A stretch of 64,000 nucleotides of DNA, taken from Minutocellus sp. GHC0000111. Taxonomy: Eukaryota. The stretch spans positions 1,426,001 to 1,490,000 of the forward strand of contig OZ361256.1 in NCBI GenBank assembly GCA_977018835.1, in the 5' to 3' direction. Shown piece after piece: positions 45,801 through 56,791 of the stretch (positions within the stretch are counted from its first letter, which is position 1; the number at the start of each line of letters is the position of its first letter). Position numbers and translations under genes: made by a program. Under the pieces are notes generated by a model, which worked only from the letters and a program-made list of their open reading frames with translations, made no database searches and was not told the DNA's origin.

Positions 45801-47477
45801 AATATTTTGGACCTGATCGACAAGCGCCACACGGGAATTTTGAGCGTCCTTGACGAGCAGTGCATCCAGGCTTTCAATAACGACCAGTCCTTTGCCAACT
45901 CGCTGTATGACAAGCACTGCGGCAAGGGTGGTGCTCCCGGCACTGCAGCTTTTGCGGCCAACAATGGCCAAAGGGCACGTGGTATGTTCAATATCCACCA
46001 CTATGCCGGTCCGGTGGAGTACAATACGCTGGACTTCCTCGAAAAGAACAAGGACGAAACGCCCAAGGAGATCAATGAATTGCTGGCGGGTAGCGAGAAC
46101 CACTTTTTGCAGCATCTCGGTGAGATCATCCTGTCAAGACCGGTCGCCAATGCCAATAACCGCACGCCATCCAAGTTTGGCGCCCCTCACCATCACCACA
46201 AACAGAGCTCTCTGATCCGCGTGTCGGTCGGGAAGCAGTTCTCGACTCAGCTCAAGCAGCTTCGGGCAAGAATTGATGATACGTCACCGCATTACATTCG
46301 CTGCCTGAAGCCCAACAACGAGCTACAACCGGACCACTTCGACAGTGCAGTCATCGCCGATCAGCTCCGATATGCGGGCATCCTCGAGGCCATTCGCGTT
46401 TCTCGTGTCGGATATCCCCAGCGCTATCTACACGAGCGATTCCTCAGCCGATATCGCATCTTGGGCATCAAGGAATTGCGATCCAAGCAATCATCTCGCG
46501 GTCGAAACCCGGTCGATGAATGCAAGGTACTGGTCGATGCCATTGCCAAGAAGATCTGGGCCCGCAAACACGGAGTTCCTTTCGGCGAAGACAACCCTTT
46601 TTCACTGCCCCACACACGCGGTAAGCGGAGAATAGGCCAGGCATCATCATCCGCTCCCGTTCCTCGGACACCGGGTAAGCCAGTGCAACGCACACCGCCA
46701 AGGATCAGAACTCCTGCGCCATCATCGCCCTCGGCTCGTTCGAAGGACACTGACAGATTCAAAGCCAACGCCACCCCTCCTCCGTGGGCCAATCACAAAC
46801 TCAAGGCCACGCCGATGACGAAACGCACAACAAGCACCGAAAGCAGTCAGAGCAGCATCGCAGCCAGCGGCAGCAGTGCCACAGAAAGCCCGGCGCAGAA
46901 ACTTCCATCAACGGTGTCCAAACCCATACCGCCGGTATCAGCATTGCAGAACGTTAGATCGAAGCCGCTGTCAGCCACTACCTCAGCTCCAAAACCATCC
47001 CAGGTGACACTGACTGTCCCCGACAAGGTGGACCTACTCGAGATGGGTATTCAGCTGGGCAAAACCAAGGTCTTTCTTCGACAGCACGCCTTTGACGCCA
47101 TGGAGGCCATGAGGAACCGACTAAAGAATGTCGCCGCGACCATGATCAACTCCGCCGCCCGAATGTATCTGTGCCGCATTGCCTATATTCCCGTGCGTGA
47201 TGCGTACCGGGACGAGCAGGACGAAGAGCAGGCATTCTGGACGGCAACGCCCAGTTCGACCGTAGACGAAGAATACTATGCGCAGCATGCGAGGAATCAA
47301 ACTCCATTAGCCTTGGTGGAGAAATTTGAGAATCACGTGCGGATCCAACCCAAGAAGAAGAAGCCGAGATTTCGTGCGTTCAAGTGGCTCATCGTCGATG
47401 GTCACTGGCGACGAAATGTCAATTTTGAAGAAGATTTGGCCATCATGAGAGCCGAGGAGGCTGCCGCGAGTCCGTAG
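42877..47477 (+). CDS. Myosin heavy chain, 3 exons, one IQ-like motif, short tail
   Basis: Exons 42877-43584, 43818-44757 and 44887-47477 with GT-AG introns. Motifs DLIQ|LTHLHEP, GESGAGKT, LESFGNARTIRND|NSSRFGK, LDIFGFE, HYIRCLKPN and QLGKTKVFLR. Confidence 0.97.
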
Positions 47478-47858
47478 TCTTGTTATCGGCACGAGGCAAA
47501 CTCTCATGATATAGTACTGCTACCAATTTTAAATTCCGGCGCATAACTTAGATTAGAAAATTTTCATGTACATGTGGTTTTACGTAGATTCTGCTTATAC
47601 ATGTGGTTTTACTCTTCAAATGGTTCAATATCGTGCATATCGCGTACATGTACCTGCTCAACATGTATGTAATAAAACGAAGATACATGTATGCATGGTG
47701 TACACAGAGACAACGAATCAAAACGTATCTACTCTACTACTAGCTAAAGTATTCATTCGTTTAGATCTAGATCTACTTGGCATTCGGTGAAATGTTCCAG
47801 TACCATCCACCGTGACTCATTCATTTAGACACCATACGCAAAACTTTCTACATATTGG

Positions 47859-48323
47859 GTGACTCAACTCGTTGAAAGCCTCAAAGGATCGAATCAGCCT
47901 CGGTTTCTTTATCTCCTAGTGGGTAGATATGTGATTCCATCCATCTTCTTCCTCCAAATCAACGGGATTCACTTGATACGAGACGCAAAAAAGCCCATCA
48001 CTAGCTCCATAAGCCCCAATACACACCAGACGAGCGTAAAGACGAGCGCAAAGGGAGTGGCGGTGCCTAAACAAATTCGGTCCGAGCTTCGAGAAATACG
48101 CAACTCGTGCGGTGGCTGTGGGGCGGCCCTGGAGGGCGACCGGCGTCAGTATTGCCGAGGCTGCCGTGCTTACTGCTACTGCAGCAGGGAGTGCCAGAAG
48201 CTCCACTGGACTCGTGCCGATAATGATCATCGCGATGAATGCAAGGAGGTGATGTGTCAGGCTCGGAAGATATGGCAGGCCATTGAGGATGGCACTCTGA
48301 AAATGCCGGCGGTGGGAAAGTAA
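47859..48323 (+). CDS. MYND zinc-finger protein, probably a 5'-truncated fragment
   Basis: CGGC...CRGCRAYCYCSRECQKLHW...HRDEC. No convincing ATG or upstream exon was seen. Confidence 0.65.
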   Translation: MTQLVESLKGSNQPRFLYLLVGRYVIPSIFFLQINGIHLIRDAKKPITSSISPNTHQTSVKTSAKGVAVPKQIRSELREIRNSCGGCGAALEGDRRQYCRGCRAYCYCSRECQKLHWTRADNDHRDECKEVMCQARKIWQAIEDGTLKMPAVGK

Positions 48324-48823
48324 GCGCATAGACCACGATTCTCGTCGGCCCAAATAGGGAGACACGGCTCCAAGCGCTAATGCGGTTTGGCCTCGCACAC
48401 CCAGCACGGGCAGCGATAGGCAAGCCTACCCTATGTCACTCAGATGGAAGTGAATGGAATCGGGGTAGGTTCTGGACTCCAGCCGAATCGAACCGCAAGA
48501 AGACCATCAAGTCGTTCGCATGGGCGACAACGTGAAGGGAGTGCGCGGCTCCAGCTTCACGCTCGTCGGGCGGTCTCTGCGATCCGTCTGCTGCTACAGC
48601 ACATAGTAAGGGTAGGTGCCTGGGGCCTGGATGGAGTGACGTTTCCCCGTCCTGGCTCACGGGAAGTCCGATCGGGGTCAATGTAGTAGGTCGTCCGGGG
48701 GTACGGTACCAGCATCACTGCCTAGCACATCACACGAAGATAAGCCAGACTCGTCTTCTCCTCATGCCCGTCTAAACTTTGGTAGTCTAATAGAATAGAA
48801 TAGAATAGAATGTACCGGTACCA

Positions 48824-49025
48824 CAGTCCGTTCTCACCTACAAGCAATCGCTAATTGCTAGGTGAGGGCTGAGATTCTGAGCATATTGCTTATTATTGCT
48901 TATTCTAAGAGCTAACTAATTAATACCTCACTCGCATGTTATTCCTTATTCCAAAATAAGCAATTTGAGGGCTGGGCTCTCAGCAGAAATGGCTTACACA
49001 TGCATGTGTAGGTGAGAACGGACTG
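48824..49025. mobile_element. 202-bp MITE, Tc1/mariner-type
   Basis: Perfect TIRs CAGTCCGTTCTCACCTACA and TGTAGGTGAGAACGGACTG, AT-rich interior. Right flank is TA, left flank is CA. Confidence 0.88.
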
Positions 49026-49265
49026 TAGATCTCTACCGGTACATGCACATGTAGCGGATTCTGGAGACGCCTCAATTCATGTAAGGTAGCCACGAATAAA
49101 TTACATTACTGCCGTTCCTTTCTGACTCGACTCTTTTAATGCATAATTGTATGTACATCTATCTAAATACCGGCAGGAGGGGGTACATGTGCTGACCTGG
49201 CTGACCCAGAATGACATGCCGGCCGTCTCTCACTCTGGCCGCGAGGCACGCATAGCATCACGTGG

Positions 49266-49369
49266 CATGGCTCGGCTGCGCTGCGCTATGTCTTTATGAC
49301 ATCATATAATGATCATTCATGGCTCGGCTGCGCTGCGCTATGTCTTTATGACATCATATAATGATCATT
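49266..49369. repeat. Perfect 52-bp tandem duplication upstream of the H3-tail/SUMO-like gene
   Basis: catggctcggctgcgctgcgctatgtctttatgacatcatataatgatcatt occurs twice. Confidence 0.92.
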
Positions 49370-49578
49370 CGGAAAGAGAATCTTCTTTGCTCTGCCTGGC
49401 TGGCTGATCGACATATCGGGCGGAATGGCGCATGACCCTGCTGTATCAGCGCCACTTGCTTGCAAACCAGCCCTAGCCGCGTAGTATCTAGGAGTAGGAG
49501 AAGGATAAGGAGAAGGGATTCCCTCGGTAGTGGCATTTGAGCCTCCGATCGCACCGCACCCACCAGTACCACGATAAA

Positions 49579-50619
49579 ATGGTCAGCGTCCTCAAGCAAA
49601 TCAAACGCGTGCCCAAGACCGGCAAGCAGCAGACCGCCAAACCCTTGGGCAAGACCAAGCAGACCGCCCGCAAGTCCACCGGAGGCAGGAACATCGCCAG
49701 GGCTCGCGAGCAGCTCGTTCAAATGGCTGCTAGTAGCACTGGTACGAGTCGTCAGCTTTCGATCGGCCGGCGCATGGGAGAGCGGATTCCTGCCGCTGCC
49801 ACTGCCGGTAGTCGATCCTCGAGCACGAGTAGTAGTGCCGCCAGCCGCGCCACCATGACTCGCGCTTCGGCACCGACGCAGGCCGAGATGCGTGCCGCGG
49901 AGACCGTCGCTATCGCCGCCGCTACGAGTACTGGTGGTGTCGGCACAAGTACGAGTAGCATTTCTACTCGCCGCACGAGCGTACTTGTGTCGGGACCCAA
50001 CAAAGAGCGCAGGGAGGTCGCCGTCGAAGGAGCTTCTGCCGTTGCCGGGGTATCGGTGGCAGGACCCTTCGGCGGTGCCGTTGCTGGGGCAGCGGCTGAC
50101 AACATGCGTGCGGGCACTCGTATGGAGGACGACGACCGTCCCCGTCAGCCTCCCGCCGAGAGAGGTGGTGACGATGCCGACGACAAAGATGCCGATCTCG
50201 GCAACTTGGGAGGCGGCATGGATGATGATGACGACGATGATGTTGGTGCCGAGGCTGAGGCCGAGGAGACCAAGGAGGCTGCAGAGACAGAAGCTGAGGA
50301 AACGCAGCAGAACGTGGCGGCCTCTCGCAGTACCAGTGGCAACGGCCAAGTGATGGTGATCTTCCAGCAGCAGGGCGACCGCCCGGATCGGCGCCTGGTC
50401 CTTGGCCTCCATCAAAAGTTTTCCACTGTGTACCGCAAAATTGCAAAGGTGGATGGCAGGGTGCCTGGTACCTTCACATTCCTATTGGACGGTGTGCGCA
50501 TTTTGCATCGTCATACGCCGGCGGAATTGGAGCTGGACCAGCTGGACGAGGAGGACGAAGATGACATTAGGACCATTGATGTTGTTGAGAATCAGGAGGG
50601 CGGTGGCTACGTGTACTAA
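49579..50619 (+). CDS. Histone H3 tail mimic fused to a C-terminal SUMO-like (Rad60-SLD) domain
   Basis: KTKQTARKSTGGR at 49651-49689, then a Ser/Ala-rich and acidic linker. The C-terminus FTFLLDGVRILHRHTPAELEL...TIDVVENQEGG|GYVY matches the SUMO pattern F.FDG.R....TP.EL......ID....Q.GG. Confidence 0.8.
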   Translation: MVSVLKQIKRVPKTGKQQTAKPLGKTKQTARKSTGGRNIARAREQLVQMAASSTGTSRQLSIGRRMGERIPAAATAGSRSSSTSSSAASRATMTRASAPTQAEMRAAETVAIAAATSTGGVGTSTSSISTRRTSVLVSGPNKERREVAVEGASAVAGVSVAGPFGGAVAGAAADNMRAGTRMEDDDRPRQPPAERGGDDADDKDADLGNLGGGMDDDDDDDVGAEAEAEETKEAAETEAEETQQNVAASRSTSGNGQVMVIFQQQGDRPDRRLVLGLHQKFSTVYRKIAKVDGRVPGTFTFLLDGVRILHRHTPAELELDQLDEEDEDDIRTIDVVENQEGGGYVY

Positions 50620-51069
50620 AGGTGGTAAATTTTGTTGTTGTGGAAATTGAAATGCATATAAGGCGGTATGTTATCATGCTAGCTGCAATGCCAGCTGCAA
50701 GTCATACATGTACTGGCCCCGTGGGGCTCAGGTTTGCTCTACAAAAATGCAGCGCAGGTGCAGAAAGATATTGCGCACGCCGGTATTGCACAGGACATAC
50801 AGTACCGTAGTAGATGCCTCGTGGCTTGGTTCTTGCTGCAGCTGTTTCGGCAATTGGCGTAGCACTGAAGAGCTGGTGCTGGATTCGTACAAACATTGGG
50901 CACCAAGCTAACGTAACGACCAAACATAGCTCCTACATGCACTGGTACTCTGCCTAGGCCTACCTACGCTGAAGCCACGTAGCTGTGCATAGAATTTCTT
51001 AGTGCGCCATGCTTGCCAAAGCAGTAGATTTAGCTCGCAGCGCCCCCGTTGCTGCATCTACACCTGCAT

Positions 51070-54000
51070 CTACACCTGCCGCCTTTCCTTCAGCATCCAC
51101 GTGGCCATTGCGGCGAGCCTTAGCCCCGACGGATCGATCCGCAGCGCATCCCTCACCGGCCTGTCCAGTACCGACGCCGGTAGATGGGCCAGCATTCCAG
51201 CAAGTCGTCCTCGCTGCGTCCAATCAACCCGCCGCTGCCCATGCCACTCCAAGCACCACTACCGCCACTCATAGCTTCTCCAGAAGGAAGAGCGGCCGCT
51301 GTTGCTGCCTGCTGCTGCGCCATCTCTTCCGATGCCGCGGCAAAGGCAACCGCCGACGGGTTGTTCCTCAGCGCATCCCTCACCGTGCCATGTTGCGCAG
51401 AAGGTGGTAAGACCGAAATGGCCAGTACCCCCAAGATGTCCTGGGCGGGAGGAGCTGAAGAAGATGGCATCGTGGCCGGTGGAGTTGCACCGCTGTTGGC
51501 ACCATCAAAGATGCCACCGCCCCCGAGGCCGACAGCGGAAGCCCGAGGAGCAAGAGCAGCTCGAAGGAGAGCGATCAACGCTTGGGTCTGCTCGACCGGC
51601 TCGCCGGTATTCGTCTCGAAGAACGAATAGTCTTCGGCCCTGGCGCTGCCCAGGTCTGGTACAGCGATTATGTTCGCACCGTTCTGTACGAGGTCGGCCG
51701 GGATCTTGCCCACCGCCGCAGGGGGCAGAGGAGGACCGCCAGGAACGGCCGCGGCTGCGTGGACGCCGCGAAGATAGGCAATAATCTCGACCCTGTGGGC
51801 GTTGTCTCCATGTCTTCCCCGGTCGCAGTAGTAATGGTTGATCGTATTCTCCTTGTCTGCACGCCACGCACCACCGTAGCCGGGAAGCCGGGCGGCGGCC
51901 GCGTACGTCTCCCCCCGCGTGCGATCGTTCAGCCACATGTAGCAGAGGAGCGTCTTCATGTCGGGGGTGTAGTGCGGCCCGCACCTTGACCAGAGAGGAC
52001 GACGAAGCATCTGGCTGGTACCGTTAGCACCCATGACGCTGATCCGAGGGGCGGGGGCTCGAGCGGCCAGAGTTGCTCGTAGACGGCCCAGCAGTTCGTG
52101 GGTCTTCCCGACCGGCTCGCCACTGTTCGTCTTGAAAAATGAATACTCCGACAGCTCGTTGCTACCCAAGAACGGAGAGGCCGTAATATTTTCGCCGCCG
52201 TCGTGGCCATCGCCATTGACAAGCTCGACCAAAGCCTTGCCCACCGCAACCTGGGGCAGCAGATTACCGCCGGGCAGGGCCGCTGCGGCATGGGCGCCCC
52301 GGATGAACTCCAGTGCGGCGGTGATTCTCTGCTTATTCCTTTGCCAATACTTTTTCAACGCTTCCTTATCGTTTCTGGTAGCGCCCGGAGGGACTATCCC
52401 ATCGAAACCATCCACCTTGCTGACTTCATGGGGTGTCTCCTTGGCGCGTACCTGGTCGCTGGTCATGCCATAGCAGAAGAGGAGCTTGACGGTGTCGGTG
52501 TAAAGGCGCTCCGAGCATCGCGCATCGGAAAAGAGTGGGCGTTGAGGATCGGTCGCAGTGTCGTGATCACCGTTGCTCTGGATTCCACTCCAATACTTCC
52601 AACAATGGGCATGTTCTTTGGCCTCGGACTCATCCAGATCCTCATCGTCGCCGTCATCGTAACGGGCATGAAAGTAGTCCGATTTGTCTCCGGGAGCTGG
52701 GACAGCTTCAATCACTCCATTGTGCCAACTATTGCACTCAGGGAAGAATTTCCGGATCTTTGTACCAATGGCCAGGGAGCCGTCGTCCTCGCCTCCCTCC
52801 TCCTTTTCTTCTTCCATGTCAACATAATCTCCCTCGCCGGTGGTCTTCCGCCCACCGGAGCCACCGGTGACCGCACTGGCGGCAGCTGCTGCTGCTGCCT
52901 CACCATTGGATGCATCGCCGCCAAGTACCATCGTTGCACTGGCTCCAGCAAAACTATTACCGGCCACGGCTCTGAGTCCATCATTGCAATCTCCAGCACT
53001 ACCACTGGCCTTCTTCTGCCTTTTCGACACCATATTATCATCACGGCCATCTCTGTCCATTTCCATAGCTGGGGCCTTGGATTTGTCCCCAACAGCTCTC
53101 TCCTCCCCCACTTCGCCACATTCTTCAATTTCCATGTCGGATTCGGCCTTGACATTGGCAGTAGCCCGACCAGCCCCGCCGGTACCAGTACCGTCATCAC
53201 CACCACCATCGTCCTCATCGTCATCGGACTGCAACTCGTACACCCTCGGGCCTTCATCAATTTCAATAGGGGCGGCGTCATGGATGGATGGGGTATATGA
53301 AGGATCCTGGCTAAGATCGACTTCGTACTGGCGATACCAAGGCGAGCAGACGAAGGGGTTGTTGCCGGATTTGCCTTCGGCAACCTCCACTTGGCGAAGG
53401 CAAAGGGCCATGGTGACCAAATCCTTCGCTTGGACCGCTGCGCTGAACTTGTCGTATAGGTACCCCCCGTAGTCTTGGAGCTGGTTCTTCTCGTCTTTGT
53501 GGTATCGGTTCATCTTTTTGATGCCGTCGTGCAGCCAAGCGGCATCGAGGGCGGGCGCGTCCAAGTTGACAGACTTCCCCCCACCGGCCTTGGCGACGAC
53601 GAGCTCCGACTTGAGCCGCTGTATCACCGGCGCATAGTATTCCGGGTCGGACCCCTCCGCCTTGATAACGTTCGTTCTCGACAGGGCCTCATCAATCATG
53701 CCCAGCGTCAGTGTCTTCCTCGTCTTTACAATCGTTGTTCGGCCGATCTCTCCGATGACTTTGAAGTTCATCCGAGGGTCGGCCGTGGTGTTGTTGTTCT
53801 CGTGGTTCCCGACCAATCCGGTGCCGCCCTCGACGCCAGTGTGTTCGTCGGGTGGACTGGCTGCATCGACCTGTGATGTGCTGGATGCCGTCGAAGCTCG
53901 AGTGGCCAGAGCGGCCCGGAGCTGATCGAGCAGCTCCTCGGTGGACTCGACCACCTTGCCGGTATTCGTGTTGTAAAACGAGTAATCCTCGATATCATCG

Positions 54001-55797
54001 CTTCCCAAAAACGGCACGGCCGTGATTCTCACACTACCGCGGACCAGCTCGATCAAAGCCTTGCCGACCACCGCAGGCGGCAGAGGAGGACCGCCAGGAA
54101 CGGCCGCGGCGGCGTGGGCGTCGCGGATGAACGTCATGAGGTGAGGTCTAACCCAGTCGGCACGGCCGCTGTTCAACCAGCAGTTTCTCGTCACATTGTT
54201 GGCGTTGGTGCTGCCCATCATGCCCTCGTAGCCAGGCGTGTTGTACGCTTTGGCAAACGACACGCCTGGCTCGAGCAGACGCGGGCACAGCCACCCATAG
54301 CAAAACATCAGCTGGATGGATGGGGTATAGTAGTCCAGTCTTTTGACATAGATGATACCGCCGAAGAGCATCTCGCCGCCGCTTTCGCCGCTTTCCTCGG
54401 CGTCGTCTTCGTCGCCGTTGCTGAGCTGCTCGTCGCCATCTCCACGAGCATGAGCACCTCCACCCCTACCAGCACCAGCGCCAGCACCACCCCGAGTCGG
54501 TGCACCACCGCGCCGACGACCGGTACCGCCGGTACGACTGCCACGAGCACCGACTCCGGCTCCAGTAGCATCATCGTCGTCGGCTTCGGCATCGGTACCC
54601 TCGTCCTGCTCCTCCTCTTCGCCCTCCACGGACCCCGAATTGTTTTGCTGGCGGGAGGAGCGGCGAAGCTGGCATTCCCATTGGCACCGGCAAGCCGAGG
54701 CGGGTCAGGCGGGTCGACCGCCGCATCGTCGCCATCACCGACGGCGTCAGCTCGAGCGGCCAGCTCATCCCGGAGTTTCTGGAGCAGCTCGTCGGTCCTC
54801 TCGACGGGTTGCCCGGTGGTCCGGTAGAGGGAGTACGCGCTGACCACGTCGCTGTCCTCGTCAATGGGCGTGAGCGATAGGCTGGCAACGACGTCACCTC
54901 CGAGATCGACGAGCTTCTTCTGCATCAGATCGGGGTCCAGCCCGACTGTACCGCCGTCGGCGTCGACAATGGCGTCGGCGGCTTGGAGGCACTGCAGCGC
55001 CCTCTTTCTATAACGGTCGCCGTCACCCCTCCTATCTGCGTTGTGCATGCCTGAGAAGTGCGTGCCCATATTCGTCCTCAGGATTTCCCATCCTTCCTCT
55101 TGTCGGCTAGCCATATCACATCGTATCCTGGCCGTTGGCTGGCCATCATGAGAGTCAAACCTTCGGTCCGGATGAAGTTGTCCAGCTTAGCGCTGCAGAG
55201 GACACGCATCCTTCTGCTGTGGGGGTTGTAGTAGTCGTTCGGCACGACTTCCGGAGTGAAGTATCGCGGCCGCATCGCCGTCGCTCGTCGTCGGGATTTG
55301 CGAGCGGCTCCAGCGGCCGCATCGCCGTCAACGTCGGCACTGGCAGTACTGGCATGGCCTGCAAGGGCGGCTTCACGGTCAACTGCCGAGAGCCCGGCGC
55401 CTTCTCCAGTATTGGCAGCCTCGTGCCAGCCGGTCCTGCCGCCGTCAGCAATGGGTACCGCGTCCCCGTTCGCGATGGCCTCGGCCACGAGCCGTGCGAA
55501 TAATTCCCCGTCCTTGTCAAACATTTTATTGAGCTTGTTTTTCTTCGTTTCCTTTTGCATCTGGTTCCACTCCTTCTGGCCCTTCTTTTTCCTCCCGTCC
55601 TGGTTGGTATTTGCCCACCCATCGGTGAAGTCTCTGCAGCCGTCGTTGTCGGCAATATGATCGAACCGCACGGTGATGGTCCTGCCGTCAATGCCGTGCG
55701 GGATGTCCTCGATGGTCCGGCTGGTGTAGCAGCTGCTTTCCAGCAGGGGCTGTCCTGGGTGGGCCAGGGAGATGACGTAGTCTGGCGTACGTGACAT
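51070..55797 (-). CDS. Large modular protein with an N-module, four copies of an unrecognised ~140-aa domain and a Tudor-like domain; three single-base frameshifts
   Basis: ORFs 55797-55078, 55114-54308, 54629-51153 and 51252-51070 join by 1-nt shifts (~55085, ~54650, ~51200). Tudor-like segment IGTKIRKFFPECNSWHNGVI...YFHARYDDGDDEDL. Confidence 0.7.
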
Positions 55798-56149
55798 GTT
55801 GCGACAGCCCGACAGCCCAGCTAGCAACGTAAGTAGGGGTATTCGGTCAGGAGGGCCGGAGGAAGCAGAGCTTCTGCCAACGGGACGGTACCTGCACGAG
55901 ATGTGCTGACTTTGCTTCAGCAAAAATCTGCAAGAAGAACTCTAAAAACCGGAGCTAGCTAGGTCCTAGTAGTTCGGTGTTGGGAGAATTTGGGATATTG
56001 GATACTCTCTTCTTGCTTCGTGCAATTATTCAAGCAAGGAGCAAGTTCTGGCATCCGCCGTATCGGTCGGGCACAAGATGTGCCGGATTGCGAGGGCTGC
56101 AGTTTGAGGAACCCGGAGTTTTCTTCAGCAAATGGCGCAAGCAAAGCGG

Positions 56150-56268
56150 TGCGCCTGCTGCTGCGTTTGCCATCATACCGGTAACAACCAGACGCCGGCG
56201 ATATTGGAACGGCAAGCAGAACCATTAACATTGTTGAGAATCAGGAGGGCGGTGGCTACGTTTGTTGA
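56150..56268 (+). pseudogene. Remnant 3' end of a second SUMO-like gene copy
   Basis: RTINIVENQEGGGYVC* versus RTIDVVENQEGGGYVY*. The downstream sequence is homologous to 50620-51500. Confidence 0.8.
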
Positions 56269-56791
56269 AGTGACTTTTTGCATGGATATTGAATTCTACG
56301 TGTAAGTCAAGGTACATGTATCATGCCCTCTGCACATGTCATAAGTCACTTGGCCCGGTGGGTATCCTTTTGCTCTACAAGGGCACAATTCAAGGGTGGG
56401 GATCAAAGATACAGTGCATTTGGGACATGGAAGCTTTCTCAGCTACTACGAACTCGCACGTAGTAGATGCTGCATGACCGGGTGGTAACATTGTTCTTTG
56501 CTGCAGCTCTTTGGGCAATGAATCGGCGTAGTGTCGACGAGCCGAACTTGGGAGATGCTTGCACTGGAATCGTTCAAATAGTGGACACCAAGCTAACAAC
56601 ATACTATTACTACGTGCACTACTCTAGCTACCTCTAGCTATGCCCAGGAATTTCTCAGTGTGCCATACTTGCTAATGTTAGATTACTTGCATACTTGCTA
56701 ATTCTCACCATCGCCATTCGTTTTGGCACCAGCCAAGGCAACAGCAGACTGCAGATCTAGATAGATAGCAGCACCCCCGTGCTGCATTTAT

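Noticed and set aside
49651..49689. Histone H3 or CENH3 gene
   Set aside because: No histone-fold sequence follows in any frame; the ORF continues into a linker and a SUMO-like domain.
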